Source: a candidate division WWE3 bacterium UBA1397 (GTDB lineage Bacteria > Patescibacteriota > WWE3 > UBA101185 > UBA10185). Taken from it: DNA of 57,991 nucleotides. A model generated the notes under the pieces. The model saw nothing but the letters and a program-made list of their open reading frames with translations, made no database searches and was not told where the DNA came from. The translations under genes were made by a program, and so were the position numbers. Shown here piece by piece: positions 1-10,384 of this stretch (the first letter of the stretch is position 1; each line of letters begins with the position of its first letter). The stretch is from positions 6,448-64,438 of the forward strand of contig DBQJ01000021.1 in the NCBI GenBank assembly GCA_002305205.1. The letters are read 5' to 3'.

Positions 1-116
1 GCTAATATACATCCATTTGGTGTTTTATAAGCAGCTACGGCAATAGGCTTCCCTCTTAACTGGGGGTTTGCCTGTTGCTCTATAGTGGCAAAGCATGAAT
101 TTAAATCTATATGCAT
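1..116 (-). CDS. dinB: Y-family DNA polymerase IV, N-terminal fragment (gene runs off left edge)
   Basis: Reverse-complement translation from the ATG at 116-114 gives [39 protein letters not shown], the canonical DinB/UmuC N-terminus (MHIDxDxFFAS-EQ..NP.LRGKP.AV). Confidence 0.75.
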   Translation of the reverse strand, partial: MHIDLNSCFATIEQQANPQLRGKPIAVAAYKTPNGCIL

Positions 117-151
117 TATTGTCGGTATCTTCGGGTTGAACCCGATATTAT

Positions 152-415
152 TCATGAACATATTTGGTCATCTCCAATCTGTTCTAAAGACCAGAATAAA
201 TTATCCGTGTTAAGAACCAGTTTAAAAAACAGATTCTCCGTTACAGCGGTGAATATATGAAATAGAGTTTTACCTTTTCTGAAAGAGTAATGAAGCCCTA
301 TCTTTTTAATGTGGTAGTTTCTTCCTTCCCAAAGGAGGGATATTGGAAAAGATGTGTTTTTCCTATGGTCATAATATAAGCTGACACTAATTGGGGTTTT
401 TATGTCCTGTATCAT
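152..415 (-). CDS. small hypothetical protein directly upstream of and co-oriented with dinB
   Basis: 87-aa ORF ending 36 nt before the dinB start. Pattern [16 protein letters not shown]...[10 protein letters not shown] resembles, from memory, small proteins found upstream of Y-family polymerases. Unverified. Confidence 0.45.
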   Translation of the reverse strand: MIQDIKTPISVSLYYDHRKNTSFPISLLWEGRNYHIKKIGLHYSFRKGKTLFHIFTAVTENLFFKLVLNTDNLFWSLEQIGDDQICS

Positions 416-510
416 TTAAAATACCCGAAGGAAATACGAATATAATATCTTATATAATAGTCAGGGATTTTAATCAATGGGTATTTGTTAAATTCCGTGA
501 AAATGATAGC

Positions 511-1458
511 ATGAAAATTATGAAAACTATCATAGTAACGGGAGGCGCGGGGTTTTTAGGAAGTCATTTATGCGAATATCTATTGGAAAAAGGAGACAAA
601 GTCATTTGTTTAGATAATCTTTTCACAGGAAGCAAGGAAAATATTCACCACCTTTTATCCAATCCTAATTTCAGTTTTATAAACCATGATATTATAGACC
701 AGCTTTATCTTGATAATATAATAATTGATCAAATATATAACTTAGCTTGCCCCGCATCACCTATCCATTATCAGATTAACCCCGTAAGAACTATAAAAGC
801 CAATACAATTGGAGTAATTAATATTCTTGGTTTAGCAAAGAAACATAAAGCCAGGATTCTTCAAGCTTCAACCTCTGAGGTTTACGGAGACCCCCTAGTT
901 CATCCCCAGACGGAAGATTACAGGGGAAATGTAAATACAATAGGACCGAGAGCTTGCTATGATGAAGGTAAAAGAGTATCCGAAACTTTATTTTTTGATT
1001 ATCACCGTCAGCATAAATTGGAGATACGTATAATAAGAATATTTAATACCTACGGTCCTAGAATGGCTTTAGATGATGGAAGAGTAGTATCAAATTTCAT
1101 TCTCCAGGCATTAAAAGGAGAACCGATTACCATATACGGAGATGGTAAACAGACCAGATCTTTTTGTTACGTAGAGGACATGATCGGAGGAATTTATCTT
1201 CTCATGAACAAGGATAATTTTACGGGTCCCGTTAACGTTGGAAATCCAAATGAAATAAATTTACTTGATTTAGCTAATAGAATCATTGAATATACGGAAT
1301 CAAAATCCAAACTGGTATTTAAAGATCTTCCGGAGGATGATCCCAAACAAAGAAGACCTGATATTTCTCTTGCAAAAAAGGAACTAGGCTGGGAGCCAAA
1401 AACACATCTGGAAGAAGGTTTAAAGAAAACCATAGAATACTTTAGGACTAAAGTCTAA
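511..1458 (+). CDS. UDP-glucuronate decarboxylase / UDP-xylose synthase (NAD-dependent SDR epimerase/dehydratase)
   Basis: [11 protein letters not shown] Rossmann motif, YDEGKR catalytic region, [10 protein letters not shown], overall UXS-like. Start trimmed to ATG 511 ([12 protein letters not shown]). Confidence 0.85.
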   Translation: MKIMKTIIVTGGAGFLGSHLCEYLLEKGDKVICLDNLFTGSKENIHHLLSNPNFSFINHDIIDQLYLDNIIIDQIYNLACPASPIHYQINPVRTIKANTIGVINILGLAKKHKARILQASTSEVYGDPLVHPQTEDYRGNVNTIGPRACYDEGKRVSETLFFDYHRQHKLEIRIIRIFNTYGPRMALDDGRVVSNFILQALKGEPITIYGDGKQTRSFCYVEDMIGGIYLLMNKDNFTGPVNVGNPNEINLLDLANRIIEYTESKSKLVFKDLPEDDPKQRRPDISLAKKELGWEPKTHLEEGLKKTIEYFRTKV

Positions 1459-1483
1459 ATATATTTCTGGCCCCTCAGTACCG

Positions 1484-1732
1484 TTATTTTCTGTACGCTT
1501 CAAAAGCAGCAGCTGCATCAGGATTAATTTCTTGAAGTAGTTCAATAACCTTACTTCTGATTAATATTCCATCTACAACACCGTCTTGAGCTACTTCATC
1601 AAGCCACGATTCAATTTCATTAGCAATCTTAATTCCCTCGTCTTCAGTACCCCCGGATTTGATTACAGCCTCCTCTATCTTTTTGGGATCAAAATCCTGA
1701 ACCTCACCGTTTTTCTTTAACACCTTATACAT
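1484..1732 (-). CDS. stand-alone ATP-cone domain protein
   Basis: 82 aa. VLKKNGEVQDFDPKKIEEAV...ILIRSKVIELL matches the ATP-cone pattern of NrdR/RNR N-termini. Confidence 0.65.
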   Translation of the reverse strand: MYKVLKKNGEVQDFDPKKIEEAVIKSGGTEDEGIKIANEIESWLDEVAQDGVVDGILIRSKVIELLQEINPDAAAAFEAYRK

Positions 1733-1805
1733 AGAAAATACACCCCCTTAGTTTATTTAATTGAAATAAATTAATTACTTTTTTCCTTAATATAAGTTAG
1801 TTGTA

Positions 1806-2183
1806 TTAATTACCTTTAGGTAAGTTTTCACAAGCAATACCATCCGCATCCCCATCCAATTTGTTGATATCATATCCGGCACCCCCGCATTTATCCAATA
1901 CTTCCTGAGCTTCGGGTTGCAGCTTAAAGCTGGCGCAGTTATAAATATCTTCTTTACAGCTTTCAAGAAGAAAATTTCCATTTGCATCCCTTTTTATTTT
2001 TGCCTCTTCCATACTTTGACCGGACATTATCTTTCCCAAATCCCAGTCATTATTTGTTAACTCCAATCCAAAAGCAGCTGCCAATAACACTAACAAACCT
2101 CCGAATAGAGGTTTAAGGAATTTTTTCTTTCCTTCGCTTGCGTCAGCTAAAGGTTTAAATTTAGGAATATTTAATTCTGCCAT
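1806..2183 (-). CDS. membrane-anchored Excalibur calcium-binding domain protein
   Basis: N-terminal TM helix. C-terminal NCASF...DKLDGDADGIACE matches the Excalibur DxDxDGxxCE motif. Confidence 0.7.
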   Translation of the reverse strand: MAELNIPKFKPLADASEGKKKFLKPLFGGLLVLLAAAFGLELTNNDWDLGKIMSGQSMEEAKIKRDANGNFLLESCKEDIYNCASFKLQPEAQEVLDKCGGAGYDINKLDGDADGIACENLPKGN

Positions 2184-2353
2184 ATACCTCCTTAAGAAAC
2201 GGAATAAAATAAATAAGCAACTACAAGAATAAGGAAGATTATTAGCAGAAGACGAAGAACTTTATTTCCTCTCATACGTTCCATATTGCTAACCATGAGT
2301 AAATCATAACACTTTATTTATATATGTATCAATATATGATGTAAAATATTAGT

Positions 2354-3163
2354 ATGAAAAAATTAAGTCAAGAACAAAAAGATAAAATAAAAGCAGGATT
2401 AGAATTGTTATGTGAGGAGAATACCACCTTGGATAAATTGCAAAAGCTTTCCGAATTAATCAAGGATACAAGTGCTCTGGCGGACAAGAAGATAAAACAG
2501 GTATTAGATATTGCTGATAGAGTTAGAAAAATACAGGAAGGGGATGTTATTTATCTTTCTCTGGAAAATCTTTCTGAGGATACTCCTAAGAAAAAAGATA
2601 GGAAGAAGCTCCTTCTTCTATTATTAAAAAATTGGAAGGATTTACAATCCGAGATTGAAAGAATACATCGAATACAAGAAACAGCTGCAGTATCAGGATT
2701 AACAAGTAAGGATAGTGTAGTAAAGACAGGTAAGACCTTACTAACCATGAAAGGACCTTTGGGAGCGGTTACCATTATTGCTGCTGGAATAGTGGCATTA
2801 ACTACATTTTTAAATAATAAAGCTGTAAATATTGAAGTTAAGAATTATGGATGTTCTCCTATCAGTACACATATGCAGAAGGATATAAATATACCGGGGT
2901 TAAAACTTCCTTCAGAAGATATAATTTCAGGAGAGCGGGGTCAGATTACAATACCCGGTATAGATATTAGCGTAGATTTGACTAAGAAGGGTGGCGCTAA
3001 AATAAAAGCTTTAAATTTTTCAAAAGAGTTTAATTATTCAGGAGAAATTAAGGACATAATTTATGATGGTAAATCTTTGATGGGAAAGAATAATATAATA
3101 AAATTGGGAGAGTCCAAAGACCACGAGTTAATAATTAATTGTGGCAGCAATATTAAAGGGTAG
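2354..3163 (+). CDS. hypothetical protein with one central TM helix
   Basis: 269-aa ORF with a coiled N-terminal half, the hydrophobic segment GAVTIIAAGIVALTTFL, and no recognisable motif. Confidence 0.5.
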   Translation: MKKLSQEQKDKIKAGLELLCEENTTLDKLQKLSELIKDTSALADKKIKQVLDIADRVRKIQEGDVIYLSLENLSEDTPKKKDRKKLLLLLLKNWKDLQSEIERIHRIQETAAVSGLTSKDSVVKTGKTLLTMKGPLGAVTIIAAGIVALTTFLNNKAVNIEVKNYGCSPISTHMQKDINIPGLKLPSEDIISGERGQITIPGIDISVDLTKKGGAKIKALNFSKEFNYSGEIKDIIYDGKSLMGKNNIIKLGESKDHELIINCGSNIKG

Positions 3164-3239
3164 TAGATAATGTTTTAGATTAAAAATTTATTGATTGGGT
3201 AGATCGACTGAGGTCTTTCTACGTGATATCATCTATTTT

Positions 3240-3545
3240 ATGCTGGATAGATTAATTGAACTTTTAGATCCGTGGGTTATCTTTGGTTTCTCAGCTCAGT
3301 TTGTATTTTTTCTAAGATTTGCAGTTCAGTGGTGGGTTTCAGAAAAGAAAAAAGAGAGTGTTATTCCCGTATCTTTCTGGTATTTAAGTATTGTTGGTAC
3401 ATTAATGATTCTTGTTTATTCCATAAAACGCAGGGATATAGTTTTTATAGCAGCTTCATGTCTTAATTCATTAATATATATAAGAAATCTTATCTTAATA
3501 TTCAGGAAGAAAGAGAAAGATAGAGCAGAAAGCAGTAATATATAA
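3240..3545 (+). CDS. lipid-A-disaccharide synthase N-terminal (LAB_N) family small membrane protein
   Basis: FGFSAQFVFFLRFAVQWWVSEKKKESVIPVSFWYLSIVG...YSIKRRDIVFI fits the LAB_N consensus. Start trimmed to ATG 3240. Confidence 0.6.
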   Translation: MLDRLIELLDPWVIFGFSAQFVFFLRFAVQWWVSEKKKESVIPVSFWYLSIVGTLMILVYSIKRRDIVFIAASCLNSLIYIRNLILIFRKKEKDRAESSNI

Positions 3546-3573
3546 ATATTCTGATTATTTTCAAATTAAATCT

Positions 3574-4281
3574 ATGATTAAAAGATACAGAAAGGATTCG
3601 GATATTTCTTATTCCCTGGGAATATCTCCTACTATAGAGCTTCTCAGAAATAGATCGATGGAAACAATAAAAGTGTATCTATCACCGGACGTTTCTGAAG
3701 ACAGCAAAGGAGTATCAGAGATAAAGAATATATGCCGTGAAAAAGGCATTTCCTGGGAAATTAATAAATCAGTCATGGATAGAATTTCAGTTACCGGCAA
3801 TACATATACTGCCGGAGTTTATAAGAAGTATACTTCTGATTTAGATCCTATGGGTAATCATATTGTATTGTTTGAACCTGCAGATATGGGTAATTTAGGT
3901 ACTATATGCAGAACTATGTATGCCTATGGATTTAAAGAATTGGCAATTATTAAACCTGCTGTAGATATATTTGATCCTAAAGTTGGAAGATCTTCTATGG
4001 GGGCTGTATATACGGTAAATTATAATTACTTTAATTCAATAGATGAGTATATCTCATTGTATAAACACACTAATTATTTCTTTGTTACTGATGGAGATAG
4101 TATTTTATCTAAAACTAATTTTAACAACCCTTATTCAATATTTTTTGGAAACGAAGGTAAGGGATTGCCCGCAGACGTCACAGATAAAGGAAAGCGTGTG
4201 AGAATACCACAGAGTTCATATGTTGATTCTTTAAATTTATCTGTTGCTGTTGGAATAGCACTCTATCAAATAAATCAGTAG
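3574..4281 (+). CDS. SpoU/TrmH-family RNA 2'-O-methyltransferase
   Basis: C-terminal SPOUT motifs FGNEGKGLP and SLNLSVAVGIALYQ, with an N-terminal substrate-binding domain. Confidence 0.8.
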   Translation: MIKRYRKDSDISYSLGISPTIELLRNRSMETIKVYLSPDVSEDSKGVSEIKNICREKGISWEINKSVMDRISVTGNTYTAGVYKKYTSDLDPMGNHIVLFEPADMGNLGTICRTMYAYGFKELAIIKPAVDIFDPKVGRSSMGAVYTVNYNYFNSIDEYISLYKHTNYFFVTDGDSILSKTNFNNPYSIFFGNEGKGLPADVTDKGKRVRIPQSSYVDSLNLSVAVGIALYQINQ

Positions 4282-4333
4282 TTTCTATCTTCAGTAAATA
4301 GACCTTATTGAAGATATATGTTAATAATTAATA

Positions 4334-5278
4334 ATGGAAATGTTCTTAAAGATTATCCTATATGTCTTTTCCTTTATTGTCCTTTGGTATGCTTCTGATT
4401 TGATTATTTCTTCAGTTGATAAGATGTCAAAATCAATAAAAATGTCACGCTTCGCCCTCTCCTTTTTTATTCTGGGAATGCTAACCTCCATGCCTGAAAT
4501 TGGTGTAGGAATAACTTCAATTATTGAGAATGACCCGCAGATATTCGTCGGAAATCTATTAGGCGGTGTTGTTGTCATATTCTTATTTATTATTCCTATG
4601 CTTGCAATATTTGGTAATGGGATAAATCTGACTAATAGAATGGACCCCGGAGCATTGTTTATGTCCCTCATTATTTGTGTAGCACCATCCTTTTTAGTAG
4701 CCGATAGAAAAATTGGTATATTTGAAGCTATTTTAATGATTCTCCTATATTTGATTACTTTTTACATTGTCCAAAGAAAACAAAACCTGGTTGAGAGCTT
4801 TGAATCAGCAGTAAAGAAAAACGGTAAACATAATTTAGTATCTTTTTTAAGAATATTGATAGGTTTGGTATTAATATTCTTTGTCAGTGATTTCATTGTT
4901 GAAAGAACAATGGAATTTTCAGAAATATTAAAAATATCTCCCTTTGTAATTAGTGTGGTGGTGCTATCCATAGGAACTAATTTACCCGAACTATTTATTG
5001 CTGTAAGGAGTTTAAAATCAAACAATAAGGATATTGCATTTGGAGACTATATCGGTTCTGCTACTGCCAACACTCTTATATTTGGAGTAATGGTTATGAT
5101 AAACGGAGGGGCTATAATCATTCCTAATCATTTCATCCAGAGATTTATATTTATATTTATTGGTCTTATTCTTTTCTATTTCTTTGCCCGATCAAAAAAC
5201 AGATTATCCAGAAAGGAAGCAGTTATTCTGCTTCTGTTATACCTATGTTTTATTGGTGTGGAATTAATCCTTAGTTAA
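4334..5278 (+). CDS. Na+/Ca2+ exchanger (CaCA) family membrane protein
   Basis: Two alpha-repeat motifs (GNLLGGVVV; GTNLPELFIAVRS ... GDYIGSATANTL) and about 10 TM helices. Confidence 0.8.
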   Translation: MEMFLKIILYVFSFIVLWYASDLIISSVDKMSKSIKMSRFALSFFILGMLTSMPEIGVGITSIIENDPQIFVGNLLGGVVVIFLFIIPMLAIFGNGINLTNRMDPGALFMSLIICVAPSFLVADRKIGIFEAILMILLYLITFYIVQRKQNLVESFESAVKKNGKHNLVSFLRILIGLVLIFFVSDFIVERTMEFSEILKISPFVISVVVLSIGTNLPELFIAVRSLKSNNKDIAFGDYIGSATANTLIFGVMVMINGGAIIIPNHFIQRFIFIFIGLILFYFFARSKNRLSRKEAVILLLLYLCFIGVELILS

Positions 5279-5281
5279 TAT

Positions 5282-5449
5282 TTAATTTATTCCCAGTATT
5301 ATTGTTATCTTATTCTCTTCCGTTTCAATTATTTCTTTCTCAATATCCTTTGTATATCTGAACGACAGTGATACTACCCCAAGGATGATAAAAGAAAGAC
5401 CGTAAAAGAAATATATATACTCTATCTCATTTGTTAGTAAATCGGGCAT
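5282..5449 (-). CDS. possible small membrane protein (55 aa, below the ORF-track cutoff)
   Basis: Hand translation gives MPDLLTNEIEYIYFFYGLSFIILGVVSLSFRYTKDIEKEIIETEENKITIILGIN. It has one TM helix and fills an otherwise empty gap. Confidence 0.3.
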   Translation of the reverse strand: MPDLLTNEIEYIYFFYGLSFIILGVVSLSFRYTKDIEKEIIETEENKITIILGIN

Positions 5450-5513
5450 TGTTCTAATTATACAGCAGGTATCTATGAAGATATTAATTTTTTAAAAATG
5501 TTAGAATCTTTTT

Positions 5514-6941
5514 ATGAAGATTGCTATATTTGCATCTTTCTCCCAGGGAAAGGGAGGGGGTGTGGGCAGAGTAACACACGAGTTAGCCGAAGCTATGTCC
5601 AGTAAAGGTCATAGTGTGTTGTTAGTTCAGCCGGGCAGGAAGACGGTAATTGAGCAGACAAATAATTTGAAGAAGCTATACATAAAAAGTATCGGTAATG
5701 GAGATATAGATCTTCCTTTGTTAACGATAAAGAATATTAAAACTGTATTCAAAGCTTTGGATGATTTATCCCCTGATATTGTTCATGTTCATGATCAAGG
5801 TTCTCTTCCGATGCTGGGTTTAGGGTGGGCTAAAAGCACCCGCACCCCATTTATAATGACAATACACATCCTCGCTACAAAAATAACTGATTTTGGAATG
5901 AGTGATGTATTCAAGAAATTAAAGTTTATGGTTACTCCTAAGATAGCTCTTTTATACTCAAATACTGTTTATAAAAATACGGATGCATTTATTGTATTAA
6001 ACGATGCTGCTGAGAAAGAAATGGCAAAAGTTGGATATTCGGACAACGTATATAAAATACCAAATGGTAGAAATATAAAGGTATTCAATCAATGCAGCAT
6101 ACCCGATGTTGAGAAAAAGGATAAAACACTAATATTCACAGGCCACTTAACTGCTAGGAAAAACCAGGATTATTTAATAGATGTGATGAAATACCTTCCT
6201 GACAATTACAATTTACTTTTGGTAGGAAAGCATCTGGATGAAGATTATTTATCTCAGATGAAGTTAAAAATAGAGAATAATCTTAGAGAATCATCAAATC
6301 GATGCGGAAAAGTATCTATTATGGGTGAAGTTGGATTCTCTAAAATACCTAAAGTATTGGAAAAGAGCCATTTATTTGTATCAGCATCAAAGATGGAGGT
6401 TCAAAGTTTAGCTGTTATCGAAGCATTAGCATCAGGAAAACCGGTGGTTGGTTTATCCAATGAAACGATAGATGAGCTTATTGATGATTCAGTAGGAAAA
6501 AGACTTGATAAAGATACAAGACCGAAGGAATTTGCTCACGAAGTGGAGAGAATATTAAATCTACCCAAAGACAAGTATCTAAATATGTGCGCAAATTGTA
6601 GGGAGAGGGTATCTAATTTGGACTGGAGTGTAATAGTAGATAGAACAGTTGAACTATATTCCTCTCTGTTAAGGGAAAAGGATAATACCAAGAATAAGGA
6701 TAGATGGGAAATATTAAAAGATATATTTCCAAAGGATTTAAATTCTGAAGTAGATATAAAAGTTATATCCAAATCAGTTGCTTTATTCTTTAAGGGTCAT
6801 AGAGTAGGGTTAAAGTGGAGGAGGTTTGTAGTAGGTTCTTTTATCGGGACAGCAATAATAATTATGTTATTCTTTGCCGAGCAGGGGGTAGAAAAGATAG
6901 ATAACCGTTTATCAAAATTTTTTGAAATATTAGATAGTTAA
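5514..6941 (+). CDS. GT4-family (GT-B) glycosyltransferase with C-terminal TM tail
   Basis: N-terminal GGGVGRV glycosyltransferase motif and the E-x7-E-like region VQSLAVIEALASGKPVV. C-terminal hydrophobic segment. Confidence 0.75.
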   Translation: MKIAIFASFSQGKGGGVGRVTHELAEAMSSKGHSVLLVQPGRKTVIEQTNNLKKLYIKSIGNGDIDLPLLTIKNIKTVFKALDDLSPDIVHVHDQGSLPMLGLGWAKSTRTPFIMTIHILATKITDFGMSDVFKKLKFMVTPKIALLYSNTVYKNTDAFIVLNDAAEKEMAKVGYSDNVYKIPNGRNIKVFNQCSIPDVEKKDKTLIFTGHLTARKNQDYLIDVMKYLPDNYNLLLVGKHLDEDYLSQMKLKIENNLRESSNRCGKVSIMGEVGFSKIPKVLEKSHLFVSASKMEVQSLAVIEALASGKPVVGLSNETIDELIDDSVGKRLDKDTRPKEFAHEVERILNLPKDKYLNMCANCRERVSNLDWSVIVDRTVELYSSLLREKDNTKNKDRWEILKDIFPKDLNSEVDIKVISKSVALFFKGHRVGLKWRRFVVGSFIGTAIIIMLFFAEQGVEKIDNRLSKFFEILDS

Positions 6942-6950
6942 TTACTTAGA

Positions 6951-7562
6951 TCAGAGTTTTTCTATTCTCATTTCGTCATTTGCGTATGATGATAGGGATG
7001 CTATTAATTCATTTTCTTTTGTATTTATATCCAGCCATTTATCTTCCTGATTTAAAGAGATGATTACGGGCATTCTCTCATGAATTTGTTCAACTATTCT
7101 ATTTGGTCTTGTTGTAATTATTGTATAAGAAAGGATAGTATTACCTTCATTATTTATCCACGATTCATATAATCCTGCAAAGGAAAATGTTTCTTGTGCG
7201 TTCAGTCTAATAAAATATGGTGTACTTTTCTTTCCTTCTTCTTTTTTCCACTCATAGAATCCCGAAGCAGGTACTAAACATCTTTTTTTCATGAAAGATC
7301 TTCTAAATGAAGGCTTTATATTTATACTTTCCGAACGGGCATTGATATTTTTAAAGCCGATCTTAGGATCTATTGCCCAAGATGGGATTAAACCCCATTT
7401 CATTAGATGAATTTCTTTCCCATCATTATTTATTACCACGGGGTGTATTGATCCGGGAAGGCATAGATAATTTGGTTCAAGTTTTGGCGTGTCTTTCAAA
7501 GATGTTTTTATAGAGTATCTTTTATATAGATCACCGGTATTTAATAAATATTTACCGCACAT
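6951..7562 (-). CDS. SOS response-associated peptidase (SRAP / YedK-HMCES family)
   Basis: N-terminal MCG(K/R)Y with catalytic Cys2, NARSE, and CLVPASGFYEW motifs. Confidence 0.85.
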   Translation of the reverse strand: MCGKYLLNTGDLYKRYSIKTSLKDTPKLEPNYLCLPGSIHPVVINNDGKEIHLMKWGLIPSWAIDPKIGFKNINARSESINIKPSFRRSFMKKRCLVPASGFYEWKKEEGKKSTPYFIRLNAQETFSFAGLYESWINNEGNTILSYTIITTRPNRIVEQIHERMPVIISLNQEDKWLDINTKENELIASLSSYANDEMRIEKL

Positions 7563-7623
7563 ATTTGGATTGTATCAAATATACGAATAAATACCGAATA
7601 CGAAACTGGGATAAATTGAGATA

Positions 7624-8262
7624 TTATTGTTTAGCAGCTTTTATTAATAAAAGCATTCCCAATAAAAAGCTTTTTTTCTCCAGTATTTTAAAATTATGTT
7701 TTTCCAATAATATCGGTAAAGATTTACTGGAGAATGTATGCAAATGGGCATGTTTCCAAACCTTTCCTTTGGATGAGGTCCACAGGAACCATATTATTCT
7801 AAATAAAATACTATTTGATGGTACTAAAACAATAAATATTCCTTGAGGAGATAAAACTCTTGATACCTCTTTTAGTATTTGATCAATATCAACACAATGT
7901 TCTAAGGATTCAATTGAATAAACAGCGCTGAATGTAGAGTTTTCAAAGGGTAGGGTATGAGCATCGGCCGTAATGAATTTTAGATAATCATTTCCCCTTA
8001 TTTTATTTGCATAATCCACGGAATCTTCTAAAACATCAATTCCTATTATATATGGGCATTGGGTGTATTTTTTGATTTTCTCTGTGAATAGACCATCAGA
8101 AGAACCGATATCTAATATTTTCCCATCTATTTTTTGTGATATTTTTTCAACTTCTTTAAATCTTCTACTATGCCAGAATCTTTGAAGGAGGTTTGTTCTT
8201 ATTGATTTATCATAATATCCGGGGGGAACGTAATCATAAATGTGTTTTTTATAATCTTGCAT
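7624..8262 (-). CDS. class I SAM-dependent methyltransferase
   Basis: ILDIGSSDG (motif I) and the layout of a Methyltransf_11-like fold. Confidence 0.8.
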   Translation of the reverse strand: MQDYKKHIYDYVPPGYYDKSIRTNLLQRFWHSRRFKEVEKISQKIDGKILDIGSSDGLFTEKIKKYTQCPYIIGIDVLEDSVDYANKIRGNDYLKFITADAHTLPFENSTFSAVYSIESLEHCVDIDQILKEVSRVLSPQGIFIVLVPSNSILFRIIWFLWTSSKGKVWKHAHLHTFSSKSLPILLEKHNFKILEKKSFLLGMLLLIKAAKQ

Positions 8263-8402
8263 ATATGTTTATTTTAAAATAGGAATATACATTTATAACA
8301 TAATGTTAGGCAGTATTACTAATAATTAAGTTTGATATTTATACACACATATATATCTATCTATTAAGATTGATTTAGATGCAAAATAGGGTAGGAATTA
8401 AT

Positions 8403-8651
8403 CTACAGAGATATTACTTCATCTCCCTCTCTAACCTTTTCCGTAACTTTAATTCCGATCTCCTGGCCTTTTTTAGCTTGGGAAATATTTTTATGATCTA
8501 CTTGCATTTCATTTACTTCCTGTTCAAAGCTTGAGATCTTTCCTTTTATTCTTATTCTATCTCCAATTTTCAAATCTCCGTTTAGTTTTATTATCCCTAC
8601 ATTTATATGATCAAAATAATGGGTTATTACCCCTATTTTCTTTTCTGTCAT
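8403..8651 (-). CDS. EF-Tu domain-2-like small beta-barrel protein
   Basis: IGVITHYFDHINVGIIKLNGDLKIGDRIRIKG...EGDEV resembles translation elongation factor-like barrel proteins. Start trimmed to MTEKK. Confidence 0.55.
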   Translation of the reverse strand: MTEKKIGVITHYFDHINVGIIKLNGDLKIGDRIRIKGKISSFEQEVNEMQVDHKNISQAKKGQEIGIKVTEKVREGDEVISL

Positions 8652-8775
8652 CTTATCTTTAACACCTCCTTTGTACATAACTTATATTTTATTCATTATA
8701 ACAAGAATAAAACGGTCAATATAATGATTGAGAATTTCTATCCCATTGTTGGTTAAAGTACTATAATCATGGTAT

Positions 8776-9096
8776 ATGAAAGGTGCTGTATTTGTAATCT
8801 TTCTTCCATTTATTCTTCCTATCATTGTTGTAGGAGTATTCATTATTAGAATTATACTGAAGGGAAGAAAGGAATCATGGAGAGGGGAAGTATTAAATAA
8901 ATCATATAATTCAAAAAAGGGTAGTTTTGAGGATAGTAAGAAGATAGAGCATTTTTATACTCTAGAAGTAAAAATGGAAAAAGGAAATATCAGAAACATA
9001 GCTGTATCAAGTCAATTTTATGATGAATGTGAGATAGGGGACAAGATAGAGAAACCATCCGGAGTTCTTTATCCCAGGAAGATACCTTATATATAA
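8776..9096 (+). CDS. hypothetical protein with N-terminal TM helix
   Basis: 106-aa ORF with a hydrophobic N-terminus. No motif recognised. Confidence 0.45.
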   Translation: MKGAVFVIFLPFILPIIVVGVFIIRIILKGRKESWRGEVLNKSYNSKKGSFEDSKKIEHFYTLEVKMEKGNIRNIAVSSQFYDECEIGDKIEKPSGVLYPRKIPYI

Positions 9097-9112
9097 AAGT
9101 AGCTTTAGTGTG

Positions 9113-9436
9113 CTAGATCAATCCTGAAAAAAGAAGTATTAAAGATATTAATGTAATTACTCCGAATATACCTACGGTTCTAGTAAATAGATTTACAGCT
9201 TCTTTCTTATTCCCTTCAATAAAGAGTATTACAGGTTGATAGAAAAATAGGAAAGCCATTATCGCTACAGAAAGTGTAAGTACAAATAGCATAATTAAGG
9301 GGGCGCCGAAAGTGTCAGGTTTATTTCTAAAAGGCTGAGTTGCCAAATTCATTACTAAGACAACTAGAATTATGTAAGAAGAAGCAGCAAGTGCATTAAT
9401 AATAGGATTCCTAGACATAAGGTAATTATAGACCAA
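9113..9436 (-). CDS. small integral membrane protein (3 TM)
   Basis: 107-aa ORF, hydrophobic throughout. Confidence 0.5.
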   Translation of the reverse strand: MVYNYLMSRNPIINALAASSYIILVVLVMNLATQPFRNKPDTFGAPLIMLFVLTLSVAIMAFLFFYQPVILFIEGNKKEAVNLFTRTVGIFGVITLISLILLFSGLI

Positions 9437-9582
9437 TTAAATATATTATGCTGTATTAAGAAGATTTAATTTACAAGTACAGATAAATATTTTTTTATGG
9501 CTCAGAAATAGTAATATTAATGTAATTGGTTAAATTGTACGAATTTTTCAAGTTTTTGAATACTTTAGGTTAGTAATACAAA

Positions 9583-10266
9583 TTAAAGAGGAATACTTTC
9601 GAGTGGGAAAAAATATGGCATAATTTCCATCAGATCTCCAATTAGGTCTAATATTATGCTTCCAATAATTGCTGACCAAATATTCGCAATAAAAGAATAA
9701 ATTAGTATATTTTTCAACCTATTTTCTTTAAACATAAATTTAATAAGAATCGCTTCAAAAATGATTACTATTAACTCCATAACTAAGAGCGGAACATAGC
9801 CCCGCGTTGGTAGAAGAATAGTTGCTAAATAAAAAGTGGGTACAGAAAGTAAATTCGCTGTTAATAAGATACGCAAAGCTTTTTTAGTTCTAAAGCCAAA
9901 AAAAACGAGAAATATTGGTATTTCCAAAAGCAATGTAATTGGTGTTATTTGTAACAACACTTTTATATGGTAAATAATAAAATTATCTGACGACAGATCT
10001 TTAAAACAGAACTTTATATCTCCCCCAAAAGAACTTCCATCTTGTTCAAGAAATCTATATTTAGGATTATTCTCATATTCTGCGCATCCATTATAAGTTT
10101 TAGGGCCAAAAGGTTCCTCACTGCTATAACTACATTCAACCATCATTTCGCTGGGATGGCATTTTGCAATGAAATAGTTTGGATTTGGTACATCAGCAAG
10201 AACTATTTTCGGAATAAAAGCCAATGGAAGAAAAAAGAGGAAAATATTAAATAATAATTTTTTCAT
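9583..10266 (-). CDS. membrane protein with signal peptide and Cys-rich ectodomain
   Basis: 227-aa ORF with an N-terminal signal-like helix and several C-terminal TM helices. It is the last host-composition gene before the island. Confidence 0.55.
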   Translation of the reverse strand: MKKLLFNIFLFFLPLAFIPKIVLADVPNPNYFIAKCHPSEMMVECSYSSEEPFGPKTYNGCAEYENNPKYRFLEQDGSSFGGDIKFCFKDLSSDNFIIYHIKVLLQITPITLLLEIPIFLVFFGFRTKKALRILLTANLLSVPTFYLATILLPTRGYVPLLVMELIVIIFEAILIKFMFKENRLKNILIYSFIANIWSAIIGSIILDLIGDLMEIMPYFFPLESIPL

Positions 10267-10305
10267 CGATCTCAGTGTATCATAACTCAGTTATATTAAG
10301 TACAG

Positions 10306-10353
10306 ATTGGCTCCCCATTGTTGTATTTATCCGAAGTTTAATACCCGTATTTG
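10306..10353 (+). repeat. attL-type junction; 48-bp direct repeat copy 1 (core + P' arm of A/C type)
   Basis: attggctccccattgttgtatttatccgaagtttaatacccgtatttg matches 25649-25696 at 45 of 48 positions (hand alignment). Confidence 0.85.
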
Positions 10354-10380
10354 CTTCCATCTAGCCTTTAGTGTTAATAT
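10351..10380 (+). promoter_or_regulatory. candidate sigma70-type promoter for the T-box-leuS transcript
   Basis: TTGCTT (10351-56), an 18-nt spacer, then an extended -10 TGtTAATAT (10372-80). Sequence inspection only. Confidence 0.35.
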
Positions 10381-10384
10381 GCTC

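Noticed and set aside
7565-7846. A 93-aa plus-strand ORF.
   Set aside because: It is almost entirely antisense to the SAM-methyltransferase gene (7624-8262), and its start overlaps the SRAP gene's promoter region. No supporting motif.
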